Source: Octopus sinensis (lineage: Eukaryota). From it: a DNA stretch of 34,904 nt. The notes below the pieces were generated by a model. That model did not search any database. It had not been told where the DNA came from and worked only from the letters and a program-made list of their open reading frames with translations. How positions within the stretch are numbered: the stretch's first letter is position 1; the number at the start of each line of letters is the position of its first letter. The position numbers were made by a program, and so were the translations under genes. The stretch covers positions 1 to 34,904 of the forward strand of contig NW_021835542.1 in assembly GCF_006345805.1 (NCBI RefSeq), written 5' to 3'. Below, one piece after another: positions 11,470-22,439 of this stretch.

Positions 11470-11730
11470 ATGTGTGTAGAAAGGGATCCTTAGTCGTAGT
11501 GAAGGCAATCTATCTAGGGAGATAACCTTATAATAAATCACTCGGTCCGTAGCTTAGAAATACTGGGTTGACGTCCAGCGGGAACAGCTTTGTTTCATGG
11601 AGGTGGAAAGATCTTCTTTAGTACATGGTTGTACAATGCTTTCCAATGTGCGCAGTAGTGGCGCGCGCACACATTATTAGCCATTTGAAAAGACTATGAG
11701 TCTCGACCATGGTCGAAAATGATGATGATG
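11470..11730 (+). mobile_element. Short structured element ending in a palindrome and (GAT)n tail; probable non-autonomous retroelement
   Basis: TCGACCATGGTCGA palindrome (11703-16) followed by AAATGATGATGATG. Internal hairpin AATGTGCGC..GCGCACACATT. 5' boundary uncertain. Confidence 0.4.
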
Positions 11731-12349
11731 CTAGTAGAAAAGGGTTGTCAGTGGATATGAAAAAAGCAAAATTAAAACAAAAAAAAAGTGAAATAATCCA
11801 AGAGCTGAAAAGAAATCTATCTACCTATGCACAACCATGTGTAGATGAAAACGGCACCCTGTTTGTAAACCTTGATTATAACAGGTACATGGGCAGCGTA
11901 GATCAGCTGAATCAAATAATAAGCTATTATCCAGTTGGTACACTGGGTAATAAATGATGGTGATACCTGGATGTCCTTCCTAACACCAACCACTCCAAGC
12001 GTGTAGCCAACCATTCCAAGAGTGTTCATATTATATAGCAAATCAGGAGGGGCTTGAAAGCAGCGTGACCATCTGCAGCTCCAAGCAACTGTAGCAACAC
12101 AGTTGAGGAAACGTTATTCCTTCAACAAAATAGGACAGAAAGCCAAAGCCTGCCAGAGAGACATCCCTCTCAATTAAGCCAATCTCCACAATAAAAAAAA
12201 ATTAAAAAATTGAGGGTGCCGTGAATGGCTGCATCAACAAAACTCCCAGTGGATGGACAGTTGAAACTTCTTTCCAATGGGCATTTTGCAAGGGCGCAAT
12301 ATGTAGAATGGGATGTTTTACAAGTTTCTATGACAGAAATATTGTGTGA
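11730..12349 (+). pseudogene. piggyBac transposase fossil, C-terminal half including the Cys-rich domain
   Basis: ASRKGLSVDMKKAKLKQK..LSTYAQP..DYNRYMGSVDQLNQIISYYPVG..K*W*YL matches piggyBac NRKG.P, LST, DYN..MGGVD..DQ..SYY and KWW. It then reads GCRE..KTPSGWTVETSFQWAFCKGAICRMGCFTSF, with a stop at 12347-49. Confidence 0.9.
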
Positions 12350-13089
12350 ATATTATTATTATATACCGAATATTACCGTTGATTGTTGAAGTATAAAGAC
12401 GTGTTTTCACTCCTCTCCACGCTGGTCAGCAGCAAGCTTCACAGCTACAAACGAAATTGACCGTCACTTATATTCCTATTCATTCGAAACCACGCGTTTC
12501 TCGACTCGTGAGTAGACTTTTCTTTAACTACAAATTATTTCCAGAAATTTAAGCAAAACTACACACTCTTATGAGAGAGTATTTATTTATATATACACCC
12601 CGTCAACACCTTCTGTTAACTAAAGGATCACCCACCCAATAAAAAATAGAAGAAAAAAAAGAAGAAAAGAAAGAAATTTACTGCAAGCTCATAATTCAAA
12701 TACAATCACATATTTCTAAGTATTCCAGCCAATATTCTGTACAATCTATTCTATTCTACATACTTCTCCCTAAACAAAGAATAAATTTTTTTTTAAATGT
12801 ATGATTACATTTTATAAATATTTTTCAAATTTACTTTGTTTCTACTTTTTATTTGCCTGTAAATTGCAATTTACCTGTAAGGTGACAAGTTCTGATTTAA
12901 CTTCTATTGTAAATCTTTATTATATACATTTTTAAGTATTCATGTATGTGTGCAAGTTTTATAAAAACACAACGGGATTTTTTCAAGCATCGAATGGTTA
13001 AGAGGGCCTATCTGAGTAAAATAGGAAACAAGAGGGTCCACAAGTAAAAAATGGTCGAGAACACCTATTCTAGATGGTTCTTTTGCCAA

Positions 13090-13700
13090 CAACAACCCAT
13101 GCTGCTGACACATGTTTAGAGTACTGCCAGAATTGAAAAACAGTCAGCTACTGTCCAGCAATGATGCCTCCAAAGAAATCCATGTTAAAATCACGGTATA
13201 GCAACAGCTTGTTCATGTGAGAGGCCAAGTAACGGACCAATCACGTAACAGATCCATCAGACATCATTTAACAGAAAACTCTTGGAGCTTCTAAGATATT
13301 CTCTAAACAAGACCTACAAATAGGCACATTTCTGAGCGCCAATTTTTAGTGTGTGGCAACATGCAGCTCAGCTCCATAAACTCTCTTGCTGTTTTTAATA
13401 ATGGTTATCAGAGCTCTTATGCAACTATAAGATTCCGTTAGAGTTGGCCGATATGAATTCAAAGTGTATATTTTCTCCTGTCTTGGCAAGCTTAATTACA
13501 AAGCCTTCTTAATCAACAATTTGTAATAGCTACAGGATTATTTTTCACATTGTATCAAATTCGTTGCAGCAGCTATTTCACAACCAACAAGAAAATTACT
13601 TGTGCAGTGAAATAAATCTCGTTAATTTATCACAGGTGTTGTGCATTCATTACATGCAGAACTGTCAATATTCTGTCATTTCCTATTCATGATAATCCTA
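13090..13700 (-). mobile_element. Highly degenerate CR1/L2-like LINE APE endonuclease remnant
   Basis: Reverse-strand fragments ILTVLHV.NAQHL (~13670-13631), LFVGLV*R and KLLLYRDFNMDF (~13217-13173) occur in the order expected for H.N.RSL, G.IYRPP and GDFN. Confidence 0.4.
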
Positions 13701-15142
13701 CCGGCCATGACATAAGTTTAAGACTGGTTCTCTATAAGAATTGCCTTAAAGCCAATGATCTAATTCTCAGAGCTGAATCTATATCAGAATTAGAGAGAAA
13801 ACGCCAAGTATGGAAGACAGACCGAAAATAGAAGACAATAAATCGGGGTAAATTATTCAATTTCAGGTAAAAGGTAAAAATAAAATTCTTGAGGGAAATG
13901 AGGACTCGTTAGACATAAATTATATAAAAAACGTGTTCCTTGCTATGACAGAAATTTTTCTTCTTCCAACACTGCATCTGTCCAACATAATGGACATGTA
14001 AATAGATTCAATAAACATTTTGAATTCAAAGAATCTATGATTTTCTTCCTTTCAAATAAAGTGGGTAACATTGGCATAAATAGATATATTTTAGGGTAAT
14101 TGGTTAAAAAAGTTCCCAGACCTACAACAATTTGGCTATAAAGCAAATTTAGCAAAGACTCATCACCCACATTGTCTAATCCCTCCCTCAAACCACTTCA
14201 CTCCTCCAATTGAATTTCCTCCCTACTTCAGTTTTTTTTTCCCCGATGGCATTTAACTTGCAGGAGTAACAATATTAACAGTATCAATTTAATTAGTCCC
14301 ATTAGAGCAAAAAAAAAAACAAAAAAAAACCTTACCCACTCTATAGGGTTGCCATGATATGAAAACTAAGGTACTTCCATGCATTGGACAGGCTCTGGGT
14401 TATCAAAACTGTAACCAATGAGATTAACAGGCCTAACAACTTTGAAGAATCTTAATCACTCCTCAACCAAAAATGGCCAGCTGCTTAAGTAAAAGGCTTT
14501 CCTATACACACACACACACAGCATTTGCTGTTTAGCTTACTTTGAAAACTGCAAACAATAAAACCCCTCAAAGCTTTTCTTTATTGCTCTGCAAGTCCAA
14601 TTACCATGGGAAAATGTCCTGGCCATCATCATCATCAAACCTCACACTAAGGTCCTCCTCAAACTATTCAATTTATTCTGATGTTCCAAAAACTCAAAAC
14701 ATGGTAGGAATTGAACTTGTTTACAATATTGTTAACCCTGTTACCCTCATTATATCAATTCTGCTTGAATGGATACAAAAAAGAAAAGATAACAAATGTT
14801 GAAAAAAAAAACAAAAAAAAAACAAAAAAACAAAAAAAACAGTGAAAAGTAACGCCAGGAAGTGCCACAGGTTTCTATCAGCCAAACTAATAAAGAAAAA
14901 AAACAAACAAAAGCTAAAAAAAAAAATAAAAAATATAATAACAAAATGCTTCTTGAAAGCAAAAGTGAAAAGTTTCAATATTCACTCGGATGTTTCTCTT
15001 CTTGCAACAGCTGTTTCCAAATATCCAACTACCAACACTGATACATTTCCAAGGTTGCTGTGCACCTTCAGGATCCGCCAATGCAAAGAATCAAGTAAAG
15101 GTCCCTTCAAAGAGATAATAATAATAATAATAATAATAATAA

Positions 15143-15355
15143 TGGCTTTAAATTTTGCCACAAAGGCAGCAGTTTTAGGGGCAGGGATGAGTCAATTACA
15201 TTCACCCCAGTTTTCAACAGGTATTTATTCTATCAACCCCAAAAGGATGAAAAGCAAAGTCAACCTCAGTACAATTTGAACTCAGAACATAGCGATAGGT
15301 GATATACCACTAAGCATTTTGCCCAGCATGCTAACAATTCTGCCAGCTCACCACC

Positions 15356-15357
<2 letters not shown>
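15143..15357 (-). mobile_element. tRNA-derived SINE family C (MetaSINE-like central domain)
   Basis: Shares CCCCAAAAGGATGAAA.GCAAAGTC..CCTC...ATTTGAACTCAGAA...ATTCTGCCAGCTC.CC with copies at ~15398-15830 (split by an RTE end), 16255-16460, 16485-16632 and 24400-24604. (AAT)n flanks. The MetaSINE name is tentative. Confidence 0.7.
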
Positions 15358-15388
<31 letters not shown>

Positions 15389-15437
15389 TGATAATGATTT
15401 CAAATTTTGGCACAAAGCTAGCAATTTAGAGGGAGGG

Positions 15438-15720
15438 TGCTAGTGGCATATAAAAAGCACCATCCGTTCGTGGACGGTGGCACATTAAAAGCACCATCCG
15501 ATCGTGGCCGTTTGCCAGACTCGTCTGGTACCTGTGCCGGTGGCACGTAAAAAGCACCCACTACACTCATGGAGTGGTTGGCATTAGGAAGGGCATCCAG
15601 CTGTAGAAACATTGCCAGAAACTGGGCCTGGTGCAGCCTTCTGGCTTCCCAGACCCCAGTTGAACCGTCCAACCCATGCTAGCATGGAAAGTGGACGCTA
15701 AACGATGATGATGATGATGA
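15438..15720 (+). mobile_element. 5'-truncated RTE 3' UTR copy
   Basis: GGCACGTAAAAAGCACC repeats, GTGGTTGGCATTAGGAAGGGCATCCAGC, CCATGCTAGCATGG palindrome and (GAT)n tail. Confidence 0.8.
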
Positions 15721-15832
15721 ACCCAGTCCTTATTTTCTCAACCCTGAGAGGATTAAAGGTAAAAATCAACCTTGGTGGAATTTGAGCTCACAACAAAGCC
15801 AGATGAAATATTGTTAAGCATTTTGCCCATCA

Positions 15833-16213
15833 TACTCTTTTACTTGTTTCAGTCATTTGACTGTGGCCATGCTGGAGCACCGCCTTTAGTCGAGCAAATC
15901 GACCCCGGGACTTATTCTTTGTAAGCCCAGTACTTATTCTATCGGTCTCTTTTGCCGAACCGCTAAGTGACGGGGGACGTAAATACACCAGCATCGGTTG
16001 TCAAGCAATGCTAGAGGAACAAACACACACACATATATATACATATATACGACAGGCTTCTTTCAGTTTCCATCTACCAAATTCACTCACAAGGCTTTGG
16101 TCGGCCCGGGGCTATAGCAGAAGACACTTGCCCAAGATGCCACGCAGTGGGACTGAACCCGGAACCATGTGGTTGGTTAGCAAGCTACTTACCACACAGC
16201 CACTCCTGCGCCT
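15833..16213 (-). mobile_element. tRNA-derived SINE family A (CORE-like)
   Basis: Minus-strand head GGCGCAGGAGTGGCTGTGTGGTAAG..GGTTCAGTCCC with A/B-box-like motifs, CTTGGGCAAGT, internal (CA)/(TA) and tail ..GAAACAAGTAAAAGAG. Near-identical copies elsewhere in the window. Confidence 0.9.
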
Positions 16214-16254
16214 AACAATTGCTAACAATTCGGCCAACTTGTTGCCTTGTAACT

Positions 16255-16632
16255 GATGGTTTGAAATTTTGACACAAGACCAGTAGTTTTAGGGAGAGGA
16301 TAATTTGATTACATCAATCCCCAGTACTTGGCTGGTCCATATTTTATTGACCCCTAAAAGCATGAAAAGCAAAACTGACCAGAATGAAATTTGAACCTTG
16401 GACGTAAAACCAGATGAAATACCACTAAGCATGCCAATAATTCTGCCAGCTTGCCCACCTTGTATCATAATAATTATGTTGTTGATTGGTTCAAATTTTG
16501 GCACAAGGCCAACCATTTCGAGGGCAGGGTTCATTGATTACATAAACCCAAGTACTCAATTGGAACTTATCTTTATCAAATCTTGAAAGGATGAAGGGCA
16601 AAATCAACCTTGGCAACATCTGAACTCAGAAA
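16255..16632 (-). mobile_element. Two adjacent degenerate family C SINEs
   Basis: Similar to 15143-15357 and 24400-24604. Confidence 0.65.
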
Positions 16633-16829
16633 GTAGCTACATGTTTGCTGGTGAGAGAGAAAAACTGTATCACAGAAACAATCAGCTGTAAACATGTGTC
16701 ATCATAGCCATGTAGGATAGGCTTTTGCAGAGTGCTGATGACACTACAACAAGAGTCTCCTACATTCAGAATGAGGAGTGCCTTTGGACCAAGCCATTGC
16801 ATTACTTCATTCTGATTTTCTCAAGGTAT

Positions 16830-17601
16830 TGTAGTGATGCCATCTTGGAAATCTCCAGCACGCATGCGCAGAGCTGGATTCTTCCAGGAGGCCTGCCAGA
16901 AGTTCCCTCATGCGCATGCGCAGAGCTGGATTCTTCCGGGAGGCCCGCCAGAAGTTCCCTTATGCGCATGTGCAGAGCTGGATTCTTCCGGGAGGCCCGC
17001 CAGAAGTTCCCTTATGCGCAGAGCTGGATTCTTCCGGGAGGCCCGCCGGAAGTTCCCTCATGCGCATGCACAGAGCTGGATTCTTCCAGGAGGCCCGCCG
17101 GAAGTTCCCTCATGCGCAGAGCTGGATTCTTCCAGGAGGCCCGCCAGAAGTTCCCTCATGCGCAGAGCTGGATTCTTCCGGGAGGCCCGCCAGACGTTTG
17201 CGCATGCGCAGAGCTGGATTCTTCCTGGAGGCCCGCCAGAAGTTCCCTCATGCGCATACGCAGAAAACTAGCAGCAGCGAAATTCCCTTGTATCGTTCTC
17301 TCGAACGCCAGCAGCTGAACAAGACAGTCGTGTTTTATCAGCTCTCTCAAACTGCTACCTCGTGGCGTGTCTCTGCTATGCCTGAACGGACAGGATTTGG
17401 CTCACTCCACTTGACTACTGTGATAAGCTCCTAGGCTGCCGATTCGCCCAGAAAGAAGAATGTATACATTGCGAATCAAGAAATAAATATTTATACTGTT
17501 GAAGTTAAATCGGAAGTCTTGACTCTTTCCTTCGATTAATATTTAATGTAAAAGGATGCGAGCTGCACCCTTCCAGTGCAGGGACCTCCCATCCTGTTAC
17601 A
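16830..17601 (+). mobile_element. Solo LTR (Ty3/gypsy-like) with 4-bp TSD
   Basis: GTAT|TGTAGTGATGC...ATCCTGTTACA|GTAT: TG..CA ends, TSD at 16826-29 and 17602-05, AATAAA at 17482. Confidence 0.85.
16861..17257. repeat. GC-rich minisatellite, 8 units of 46/52 bp, inside the LTR
   Basis: Unit CAGAGCTGGATTCTTCC(A/G)GGAGGCCCGCC(A/G)GAAGTTCCCTCATGCG(CATGCG). It explains the ORFs in all three frames. Confidence 0.95.
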
Positions 17602-17820
17602 GTATTTTCTCAGCAGAGATATTGGGATTGTTTGTCATTGCCTCACTCCAGCTGGATGGAGAGAGGTCCACAGGGAGCTCAGCCATCGTTCAATAGATCT
17701 TGTTTTTAGTCCTACTGGGTGTGACCGATTTCATAAAGAATGTTAATGAAAAAGGGGGATGGGGTGATGGCTAACAGCACAGAAAGGTTAACGAAAACAA
17801 AAAATAAATGATGGATTACA

Positions 17821-18218
17821 TTGTATATATAAAAGTGAGGTTGTGTGCTGTCTGTCTCCTACGATTTAGATTCCTAACTACTCCCACATTTTGCGGTGCA
17901 GTTTAACCAAAACCGGGTATCTTATAGTCGTGATTCATATCGAGCCCTTCTGGGTATTAGTGCGCGTCTACGATGAGTCTACGATTTAAAAAAAAATTTA
18001 CCATCATTTTTTTCCATTTTAATGCATTTTTTCGCTATTATATAAGGGAAATGACTCTAAAAATGTCTACGATGAGTCAACGATTTAAAAAAAAGTTTAC
18101 CATCATTTTTTCCCCATTTTTAATGCATTTTTTTGCTATTTTTCGGCTATAACTCTCTAAAAATGCTTATATAGTTATTTCCATTACAAACCCGTCCAAC
18201 GCCGGGCGATACTGCTAG
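17821..18218 (+). mobile_element. Non-autonomous Helitron
   Basis: 5' TATATATAAAAGTG; internal ~75-100 bp duplication (from ~17966 and ~18065); 3' imperfect GC hairpin CCCG..CGGG (18191-206) and terminal CTAG|T at 18215-19. Confidence 0.8.
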
Positions 18219-19057
18219 TTGTATATATTGGCATCCAATATAATTTCTCGATACCCAGGTATTATGAGAGAAAGAGAGAGAGAGACTAATGACAAGTTAA
18301 GATTTACTACCGAGAGAGAAGAGGCAGGTGAATGATGGGGGAATCACATGGTTTCAGGTTCAGTTCCACTATATGGTACTATAGGCCAAAGCCTTCAACT
18401 AGAGCGTCAATCTGACCAGTGCTTAGGTAGATGGAATCTGAAAAAAGCAGGATATATACACATCTGTGTATATACATGTTTGAGTGAGTGAGTGTGCACG
18501 TGTAGGCTCAGGTGTTTGTATTTTTGCCTCAACACTGTATGACAAATGCAAATAAGCCTTATTCTTAATCTTCCATGCAAACTTATCAGACCATGGGAAA
18601 ATATTAGCTTGTTTGGAGACAGCTAAGAGACGGCGACAAGAGCACCTAACCATATAAATTTCTGCTTCAATGAATTCCGTTTAATCCATGAAGGCAGAGA
18701 AAAGTGGAAGTGAAAATAAAAACAGAAACTCATTTTCTTTCAAAGAGAATAAGCTTTATGCCTTTTTCTTTTTAAAATTACTTATATATTCAATTTGTTT
18801 TATGTTATTAGACAAATAACATTTTGTATTAGTTTTTTGATGTATTGTGTGTTATTGGTTTACACTACATTCCAAAATTTTCATGTAAATACAAAAAAAC
18901 TGATGCTAACATCGTCTTTATATGGGCTATTTGCTACAGTAAAACTAAGTTTTAAAAAACAAAAACAAAACTATTAATTAAATTGAGCATACCTTTTTTT
19001 CAATCTGTGTGTACATGTGTGTATATGTAAAGAGACAGAGAAATACTACCGTGTTAA

Positions 19058-19278
19058 CCCTTTTGTTACCAAACCGGCTGAAACTGGCTCTGGCTCTGTT
19101 GTACAAATGTCTTGTTTTCTTAAGGTTTCAATTAAAATCTTCCACCAAACCTTAGTCACAATTTATGTTCCTAATATAAGCTGAATGATAACTAAGTTAT
19201 TTTACTAAATTCTTTATTATATTTAAAGTAATTGAAAGAAACACAGAACATCTCAAAATAAATACAGTAACGAAAGGG
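19058..19278. mobile_element. piggyBac-type MITE
   Basis: TTAA|CCCTTTTGTTAC...GTAACGAAAGGG|TTAA. A second copy lies at 34145-34762. Confidence 0.9.
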
Positions 19279-19304
19279 TTAATACCATATAACAAAAATT
19301 CTCA

Positions 19305-19532
19305 ACATTATTTACATTAGATGGATATTTGTCCTCATTATGTTTGTTATTAACACAATGTTTCAGATGATATACCCTCCAGCCTTCATCAGGTGTCTTG
19401 GGGAAATTTCGAACCTGGGTTTTCAGTCCTAAGGTATTTTGCGATATTACTATTATTATTATTCATGTCACTGCCTGGAATCGAATTCATAATCTTGGGG
19501 TTAATAGCCCACGCTCTTAACCAATACGCCAT
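19305..19532 (-). mobile_element. tRNA-headed SINE with a hammerhead-like 3' portion
   Basis: Minus strand starts ATGGCGTATTGGTTAAGAGCGTGGGCT...TTCGATTCC (A/B boxes), then (AAT)n, then GACAC-CTGATGA...GAAAC-ATT-GTGTT. Confidence 0.65.
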
Positions 19533-19547
19533 TATTCAAATTATCTC

Positions 19548-20753
19548 AGGCAGATTGTAAGATACCTGTGTGTAAACAGCTATGCTACACAGCAGTGAAA
19601 CATGGGTTGTGACAGCTGAGGACATGCATAGGCTTCAAAGAAATGAAGCCAGTATGCTTCGCTAGATATGCATGCTAATAGAGTGTAAACATCTTGAGAG
19701 AAAAGTCGAGCATAAGAAGCATCAGATGTGATGTGCAAGAGAGACAACTGTGCTGGTATGGTCATGTGATACAGATGGATGAAGACAGCTGTGTAAAGAA
19801 GTGCTAATTTCTGTGGAGGGAACCTGTGGTGGAGGTAGACTCAAGAAGACATGGGATGAGGTGGTGAAGCATGATCTTCCAACTTTGCGCCTCACAGACG
19901 CAATGGATGGAAGCACTCCGTCGGTTACGACGACGAGGGTTCCGGTTGATCTGAATCAACGGAACAGCTTGCTCGTGAAATTAACGTGTAAGTGGCTGAG
20001 CACTCCACAGACACGTTCACCCTTAACGTAGTTCTCGGGGATATTCAGCGTGACACAGAGAGTGACAAGGCCGGCCCTTTGAAATACAGATACAACAGAA
20101 ACAGGAAAAAAGAGTGAGAGAAAGTTGTGGTGAAAGAGTACAGCAGGGATCACCACCATTCCCTGCCGGGGCCTCATGGAGCTTTAGGTGTTTTCACTCA
20201 ATAAAAATTCACAACGCCCGGTCTGGGAATTGAAACCGTGATCTTATGACCGCGAGTCCGCTGCCCTAACCACTGGGCCATTGCGCCTCCACACAGACGC
20301 AATGACTAGTGATGGAAACTTTTGGCAATATGCTGTGCTTGAGAAAACCCGTCAAGCCAACTGAAATCATAGTCATGGCTGATGGTTTGTAACTGGCACC
20401 AATGACAGTGGCACATAAAAAGCACCTTTTGAGTGTTGGGCCTCACAGAGGCAAAGTGGCTGAGCTCCTTTCAAGAGTTGGGTCTCATGAAGACAATGAC
20501 CAAGACCTTTGGCATTATGTCCAGCTTGAGAAGACCCGTCAAGTAAAATCACAACTGTGGCAGATACTAATATCATGCAAATGGTACATAAAAGCACCCA
20601 TTACATTCTCAGAGTAGTTGGCGTTGGGAAGAGCATCCAGCTGTAGAAACCATGCCAAATCAGACTGGAGTCTGGTGCAGCCTTCTAGCTTGCCAGCCCT
20701 GGTCAAACTGTTCAACCCAAGCCAGCATGGACAACAGATGCTAAATGATGATG
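19548..20753 (+). mobile_element. RTE-clade LINE 3' part (ORF2 C-terminus, 3' UTR and (GAT)n), interrupted by a SINE
   Basis: AMLHSSETW..EDMHRLQRNEASMLR, RQLCWYGHV and VEGTCGGGRLKKTWDEVVKHDL match RTE LYGSETW, LRWFGHV and GRP.K.W. The 3' end matches the other (GAT)n-tailed copies. Confidence 0.85.
19906..20291 (-). mobile_element. tRNA-derived SINE with 13-bp TSD
   Basis: TSD CACAGACGCAATG (19893-905 / 20292-304). Minus-strand head GGAGGCGCAATGGCCCAGTGGTTAGGGCAGCGGAC..GGTTTCAATTCCC. Confidence 0.9.
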
Positions 20754-20779
20754 AATCGACCCCAATACTTGTTTCCAGT

Positions 20780-20957
20780 TTTAAAGCAGTGGTGGGAAAC
20801 AAACACAAAGACACACACGACGGTCTTCTTTCAGTTTCCGTCTATCAAATTCACTCACAAAGCTTTGGTTGGCCTGATACTTGCCCAAGGTGAAACACAG
20901 TGGGACTGAACCTAGAAATATGTGGTTGGGAAGCAAGCTTCTTACCACACAGCCATA
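20780..20957 (-). mobile_element. Partial family A SINE
   Basis: CTTCTTTCAGTTTCCGTCT...CTTACCACACAGCCA shared with family A. Confidence 0.7.
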
Positions 20958-21574
20958 TGGACCAAACAGAATCCACTGAAGCAGATTTACAGCCAGATAC
21001 ACTTCCTATTGCAACCAAACATCGCTGCTTGTTTGATAGAGATGATCATTTACAATTAGTTTGCGATGTCAAGACAAGGCAATTATGAGCACACACACAC
21101 ACACGATGGGCTCCTTTCAGTTTCCGTCTAGCACTTACAAGGATTTTTTCAGATTGGGGCTGTAGTAGAAGGCACTTAACCCATGGTGTTACTCAATGGG
21201 GTTGTGCCAGTGCCCATATGATTACAATGTGAATTTCTTAGCCACAGTCATGTCTGTATCCACACACACACAAATGATGAAATACGAGCACAATAATAAT
21301 GAAACCATCAAGCATCAAATCCTGTACTAGACTGGTACTATATAATTTTAGTGACCCCAGAGGGATGAGGAAAGACTAAGTTGACCTCTATGAGATTTGA
21401 ATACAGAATGTAAAAAGAAGAAATACAGCAAGACATTTTGTCCAAGATTTTAATGGTTCAGCCAAGCCACAATTTCTGACTCAGACACAAGGCCAGAAAT
21501 TTAGCTAAGTAAATTGGACCCAGGACTTGACTCGGAACCCTTGTTAATTGAATGACAATAATATTATAGTAATA

Positions 21575-21829
21575 TGCCAGCCTCGCCTGGCCTCCGTGCC
21601 GGTGGCACATAAAAAGCACCATCCGATCGTGGCCGTTTGCCAGACTCGTCTGGCACGTAAAAAGCATCCACTACACTCATGGAGTGATTGGCGTTAGGAA
21701 GGGCATCTAGCCGTAGAAACATTGCCAGATCAAACTGGGCCTGGTGCAGCCTTCTGGCTTCCCAGACCCCAGTTGAACCGTCCAACCCATGCTAGCATGG
21801 AAAGCGGATGCTAAACGATGAACGATGAT
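21575..21829 (+). mobile_element. 5'-truncated RTE 3' UTR copy
   Basis: Near-identical to 15438-15720. Confidence 0.8.
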
Positions 21830-22036
21830 AAGTATATACAAATCAACAACCATGATTGTAGAGTCCAAGAAGTATAAAGTTCCAATTGAGATGAGGATCC
21901 AAGAGAGGAGGAAAAGGAAGTTCGGTCAGGCTGGATCAAACTGCATATAAGTAGATATACATGCTCACACGAATACATTTATAGGTTATGTCTGCAGAGA
22001 TACATTGTGTCCAAGCACTTATAACATGGATACACA

Positions 22037-22439
22037 ACTCTCTTTACTCTTACTTTTTTATTTGTTTCAGTCATTTGACTGTGGCCATGCTGGAGCACTG
22101 CCTTCAGTCGAGCAAATCAACCCCAGGACTTATTCTTTGTAAGCCTAGTACTTATTGTATCGGTCTCTTTTGCAGAACCGCTAAGTTACGGGGACATAAA
22201 CACACCAGCATCGGTTGTCAAGTGATGTCGGGGGGGACAAATACAGACACACGAAGATATATACACACACATACATATATACAACGGGCTTCTTTCAGTT
22301 TCCATCTACCAAATCCACTCACAAGGCTTTGGTCGGCCCAAAGCTATAGTAGAAGACACTTGCCCAAGGTTCCACGCAGTGGGACTGAACCCGGAACCAT
22401 GTGGTTCGTAAGTAAGCTACTTACCACACAGCCACTCCT
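22037..22439 (-). mobile_element. Family A SINE
   Basis: Aligns along its full length with 15833-16213. Confidence 0.9.

Noticed and set aside
11709-11957. 82-aa ORF as a gene
   Set aside because: It is the piggyBac remnant with an ATG borrowed from the adjacent palindrome.
441-13000. TIR pair for the split piggyBac (TTTACCCCTT at ~442; GGTTAA at ~12996; GTTAA at ~12616)
   Set aside because: Candidate ends are not convincingly complementary, so element boundaries are left undefined.
13943-15279. ORFs of 70-145 aa
   Set aside because: They run through poly-A, (AAT)n and SINE sequence, with no recognisable domain.
16725-17434. Three overlapping long ORFs (197, 145 and 174 aa)
   Set aside because: A stop-poor minisatellite with unit lengths not divisible by 3; the same peptides appear in all frames.
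19470-20291. tRNA genes
   Set aside because: The tRNA-like parts are SINE heads fused to SINE bodies, without a complete cloverleaf.
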